In this document: positions 28,610 through 32,000 of the stretch, in pieces | Position numbering within the stretch: position 1 is the stretch's first letter | Layout of the letters: every line of letters starts with the position of its first letter | Origin: Acinetobacter wanghuae | Lineage (GTDB): Bacteria > Pseudomonadota > Gammaproteobacteria > Pseudomonadales > Moraxellaceae | Assembly (NCBI RefSeq): GCF_009557235.1 | Contig: NZ_CP045650.1 | Location: 1,110,001 to 1,142,000 of the forward strand | Length of the DNA: 32,000 nt | Reading direction: 5' to 3' | Program-made: the position numbers and the translations under genes | Notes under the pieces: model-generated | What the model saw: only the letters and a program-made list of their open reading frames with translations | Told to the model about the DNA's origin: nothing | Databases searched by the model: none

Positions 28610-29191
28610 ATGAATGCCATTGATATTTTTTTACTGATTATCTTGCTCATTGGAGGGCTTAACGGTTTGCGACAAGGATTTGTTAAAGCCTTTGCGAACT
28701 TAGTGGGATGGATTTTTGCACTGATTATAGCTGCAAAATATTCAACACTACTTGCGCCTTCGATGATCGCGCTCAGTGCAGATCCAGTGGTACAAAAGAT
28801 TGCGGCATTTGCTTTTATTGTATTAATGATTGTGGTGCTGACGTGGATTGTCACTGCAATTTTAAACCGTGTGCTGAAAACACTCAAACTTGGTCCATTA
28901 AATCGTTTGGCAGGTGGGGTGTTTGGTAGCTTAAAAGGTTTGCTTATTGTGTTAATTACCATGCAAGGCATTGGTCCATGGGTTGAGGCGTCTCCTCATT
29001 GGAAACAATCAAAAGTCATCCAAATGCTTTTGCCATATGCACCGTGGGCATCGACAATGTCAAAAAATGCAGCCAATGAAGCGCTCAGTCATATTAAATC
29101 TGAAGGCACATTGCCATCTTCTAATTCTTCATCTGAAAAGCCGATTACGTCGAAAGGCACAGGTGAGTCAACAAACAATCCTTTTTATTAA
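28610..29191 (+). CDS. cvpA: Colicin V production protein CvpA (membrane protein)
   Basis: 193 aa with four hydrophobic segments and the N-terminus NAIDIFLLIILLIGGLNGLRQGF. It sits immediately upstream of purF, as in E. coli. Confidence 0.85.
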   Translation: MNAIDIFLLIILLIGGLNGLRQGFVKAFANLVGWIFALIIAAKYSTLLAPSMIALSADPVVQKIAAFAFIVLMIVVLTWIVTAILNRVLKTLKLGPLNRLAGGVFGSLKGLLIVLITMQGIGPWVEASPHWKQSKVIQMLLPYAPWASTMSKNAANEALSHIKSEGTLPSSNSSSEKPITSKGTGESTNNPFY

Positions 29192-29215
29192 TCCTAGCTC
29201 GTCTGCGAGGTTGCT

Positions 29216-30751
29216 ATGTGTGGAGTTGTTGGTATAGCTGGTAAATCACCCGTTAACCAAATGTTGTTTGATGCATTAACGATGTTACAACATCGTGGAC
29301 AGGATGCAGCTGGGATCGTAACTTGCCAAGAAGGACGTTTGTTCCTTCGTAAAGATGTCGGTATGGTACGTGATGTTTTTCACACACGTCATATGCGTGC
29401 ATTGCAAGGCAATTATGGGATTGGGCATGTGCGTTACCCGACTGCCGGAACGTCAAGCAGTGCTGAAGCACAACCGTTTTATGTCAATTCTCCGTATGGG
29501 ATTACCTTGGCGCATAACGGTAACTTAACCAATGCCGCAGAAATTCATGACGATCTGTATAAGACTGATCTTCGTCATATGAATACAGATTCAGACTCAG
29601 AAGTATTGCTGAATGTTTTTGCACACGAATTGCAAAAGCAAGGCAAGCTTGTCTTGAGTTCGGATGATATTTTCCACGCTGTTACCCGCGTACATGAGCG
29701 TTGTAAAGGTGGTTATGCCGTTGTTTCTATGATTACGGGTCAAGGCTTGGTCGGCTTCCGCGATCCAAATGGTATTCGTCCACTCATTTATGGTTCGCGT
29801 GAAACAGAAGCAGGTATGGAATATATTATTGCTTCTGAATCTGTTGCAATTACCGCACTTGGCTTTAAAGTTGAGCGAGATATTGAACCGGGTGAAGCGG
29901 TCTTTATTTCTGCTGAAGGTGAATTCTTTACCAAGCAATGCGCAGCAAATCCTGACTATCGTCCATGTATTTTTGAATATGTGTATTTCGCACGTCCTGA
30001 TGCCACGATTGATGGGATCTCAGTGTATAAAGCACGTTTAAAAATGGGCGAAAAATTAGCGCAAAAAATCTTGCGCGAGTGGGGTGATGAGCACGATATT
30101 GATGTTGTGATTCCGATTCCAGATACCTCACGTACTTCAGCACTTGAGCTTGCCAATATGCTTGGCGTGAAGTTCCGCGAAGGCTTTATGAAGAACCGTT
30201 ACATCGGTCGTACCTTCATTATGCCGGGTCAACAATTACGTGAAAAATCAGTGCGTCAAAAGTTGAATCCCGTAGAGCTTGAGTTCCGTGGTAAAAACGT
30301 TTTGCTCGTCGATGACTCCATCGTTCGTGGTACAACCTGTAACGAAATTATTCAAATGGCGCGTGACTCAGGTGCCAATAAAGTATTCTTCGCTTCTGCT
30401 GCACCCATGGTGAAATATCCAAATGTGTATGGTATTGATATGCCAGCAAAATCTGAGCTTATTGCTTCAGAGCGTAGTGTTGAGGAAATTCGTGAAATTA
30501 TTGGTGCTGATCGTTTAATTTTCCAAGATTTGGAAGATTTGAAAAATGCAGTGCGTACCAGTAAAGTACCGAAGCTACAAGAATTTGATTGCTCAGTCTT
30601 TGATGGTGTCTACGTCGCAGGTGGCATCGATGAGAAATACCTCGATAATTTACAATCAAAACGTAATGACACAGCGAAAAAAGGTGTGACTTATATTGAT
30701 GTAAATATCGATGCAGCATCGGTAGATTTAACCGGTGTTCGCGAAGAGTAA
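29216..30751 (+). CDS. purF: Amidophosphoribosyltransferase
   Basis: 511 aa with an N-terminal MCGVVGI (Ntn Cys1) and the PRPP-binding loop [13 protein letters not shown]. Confidence 0.97.
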   Translation: MCGVVGIAGKSPVNQMLFDALTMLQHRGQDAAGIVTCQEGRLFLRKDVGMVRDVFHTRHMRALQGNYGIGHVRYPTAGTSSSAEAQPFYVNSPYGITLAHNGNLTNAAEIHDDLYKTDLRHMNTDSDSEVLLNVFAHELQKQGKLVLSSDDIFHAVTRVHERCKGGYAVVSMITGQGLVGFRDPNGIRPLIYGSRETEAGMEYIIASESVAITALGFKVERDIEPGEAVFISAEGEFFTKQCAANPDYRPCIFEYVYFARPDATIDGISVYKARLKMGEKLAQKILREWGDEHDIDVVIPIPDTSRTSALELANMLGVKFREGFMKNRYIGRTFIMPGQQLREKSVRQKLNPVELEFRGKNVLLVDDSIVRGTTCNEIIQMARDSGANKVFFASAAPMVKYPNVYGIDMPAKSELIASERSVEEIREIIGADRLIFQDLEDLKNAVRTSKVPKLQEFDCSVFDGVYVAGGIDEKYLDNLQSKRNDTAKKGVTYIDVNIDAASVDLTGVREE

Positions 30752-30768
30752 GCCACTAAAATCATGAT

Positions 30769-30796
30769 AAAAAGCGGGAATTTCCCGCTTTTTTCA
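30769..30796 (+). terminator. Rho-independent terminator after purF
   Basis: AGCGGGAA-T-TTCCCGCT followed by T6. Confidence 0.8.
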
Positions 30797-30839
30797 TTTA
30801 TGATAAAGATATAAATACAATGTCACTTAGGGTTGTACA

Positions 30840-32000
30840 TTGCCAAGCGTAGGATCTGCTTTTACACAAAATAAAAATATACTCTGGCCAGCAAGCTTTT
30901 GCTTTATTGCTGTGTTTTTGACCATCTTTATTATTAATACTGTTGTGGGCTTGATCGTTTATTATATTGATTCCACTCAATCTATTTTTTGGCACGTGCT
31001 GAGTCCTTATCTCGTGATCTTGGTCTTATCGATCATGCTGATTTCGGTGCTGTATGAATTTTATATGTTTCGTACAGGTGGGCATTCACTGGCAAAACAA
31101 ATGGGTGCGCGTCGCTTAAGTTTTGTTGAAAGTATTCCTGAAGAAAGTGCAGCACTTAAAATTACCCAACAGCTTGCAGACAACTTTTTGATTGAAACAC
31201 CTGCAATGTATGTTCTACCCGATGAGGTGGGTGTGAATGCCTTAACAGCAGGCTTTAGCCCTAATGATACGGTCATTATATTGACTTGGGGCGCATTACA
31301 AAATCTGGATGAGCTAGAGCTGTATGGATTGCTCTGTCATGAGTTTAATAAGATTTTATCCGGGGAAAGCGCTGAAAATACGCGGTTAAAAATTTTATAT
31401 AGTAGTCTGACCACCTTTAGTCAGTGGGGAAGTAAGATTGCCAAATCGGGTTTTTATCGCAATGGTACGCCACGTGAGAATAAGTTCGAAACGCTTTATG
31501 TCGCGATGGGTGCTGTTATTTGGCTGGTGGGTAGTTTAGGGGTTTTGATTAGCCGCTTTATTAAATTTATTTCATTAGGCGGGCGTACTTATAAAAATGA
31601 TCAGAAGACGCGACGCCTTATACAAAATGATGCCAATATTCAAACGCTGCTGAGAATTTATGTGCATGCATCAGGTTCGCAATTTTATAGTGAATATGCC
31701 GAATCGATTTCGCATATGTGTTTTGCCAATGCGTTAAGTCCGCAAAACTGGCTGAATATTCATCCGAGTATTGAGCAACGAATTTATGAATTAAATCCCT
31801 CTTTGATTCAAGATCTACAATTAGAAAACTTAAAAAAACTCAAGAACCAACCATTATTCAGTTTGTTTAGATCGCTTGAGGATGTATCGAATGAAACATG
31901 CCTGATGTGGAGTTCGCCACAACCGTTGCCTTTACTACGCTTATCACCGATTAGTTTTGCCATCAAAGATGCGGTCAAGCCGTTGAATCCAGAGATCCGT
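30840..32000 (+). CDS. M48-family (HtpX-like) membrane peptidase homologue with a degenerate active site, 5' partial (runs off the window)
   Basis: My own translation shows the frame open from 30831 to the window end. A TTG start at 30840 follows AGGG. It has two N-terminal TM segments, then FRTGGHSLAKQMGARRL...VLPDEVGVNALTAGFSPNDTVI...LCHEFNKILSGE. The start codon is uncertain. Confidence 0.65.
   Translation, partial: MPSVGSAFTQNKNILWPASFCFIAVFLTIFIINTVVGLIVYYIDSTQSIFWHVLSPYLVILVLSIMLISVLYEFYMFRTGGHSLAKQMGARRLSFVESIPEESAALKITQQLADNFLIETPAMYVLPDEVGVNALTAGFSPNDTVIILTWGALQNLDELELYGLLCHEFNKILSGESAENTRLKILYSSLTTFSQWGSKIAKSGFYRNGTPRENKFETLYVAMGAVIWLVGSLGVLISRFIKFISLGGRTYKNDQKTRRLIQNDANIQTLLRIYVHASGSQFYSEYAESISHMCFANALSPQNWLNIHPSIEQRIYELNPSLIQDLQLENLKKLKNQPLFSLFRSLEDVSNETCLMWSSPQPLPLLRLSPISFAIKDAVKPLNPEIR

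Noticed and set aside
28579-28971. 130-aa minus-strand ORF opposite cvpA
   Set aside because: It is the mirror frame of a hydrophobic membrane-protein gene. cvpA itself fits conserved cvpA-purF synteny.
1-32000. Search for mobile elements, CRISPR arrays, tRNA/rRNA genes, integrases, or defence or toxin-antitoxin modules
   Set aside because: I saw no repeat-spacer periodicity, no terminal inverted repeats flanking a transposase-like ORF, no tRNA-like T-arm motifs in the intergenic regions, and no ORF with recombinase, nuclease or toxin signatures. Every sizeable ORF is explained by a housekeeping family.

Overview
The window reads as ordinary chromosomal core genome from a low-GC gammaproteobacterium. 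It is most likely Acinetobacter or another Moraxellaceae, but that is inferred from gene content and protein sequences only, with no search run. I support about 31 protein-coding genes, most separated by clear hairpin plus T-run terminators. Left to right they are: a TonB-dependent receptor 3' end, a divergent OsmC/YhfA-like and CRP/Vfr pair, Tas-like aldo-keto reductase, clpB with a sigma32-type promoter, rlmL, a small acidic orphan ORF, pyrB with a degenerate dihydroorotase-like pyrC', an OmpA_C-domain gene that looks frame-disrupted, a DUF2520 Rossmann protein, a GMC-oxidoreductase 3' remnant followed by an aldehyde dehydrogenase, trmB, a SulP/STAS transporter, a GstA-like GST, a DUF423 protein, rpoH, a TusA-like protein, a CspA-family gene followed by a DEAD-box helicase, a lipoprotein, a YdjA-like nitroreductase, gpsA, sixA, an isolated gspL-gspM pair, pyrD-cvpA-purF, and the 5' part of an M48-type peptidase homologue. 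I found no rRNA, tRNA, CRISPR array, transposase, integrase, phage gene or recognisable defence or toxin module. I see no convincing novel multi-gene system. The notable signals are local anomalies: a gene interrupted by two compensating frameshifts, a truncated GMC gene next to a possible new small secreted ORF, an M48 homologue with a broken HEXXH motif, a catalytically degenerate PyrC', and some promoter and leader features. All family assignments rest on motif and sequence recognition by eye and need HMM or BLAST confirmation.
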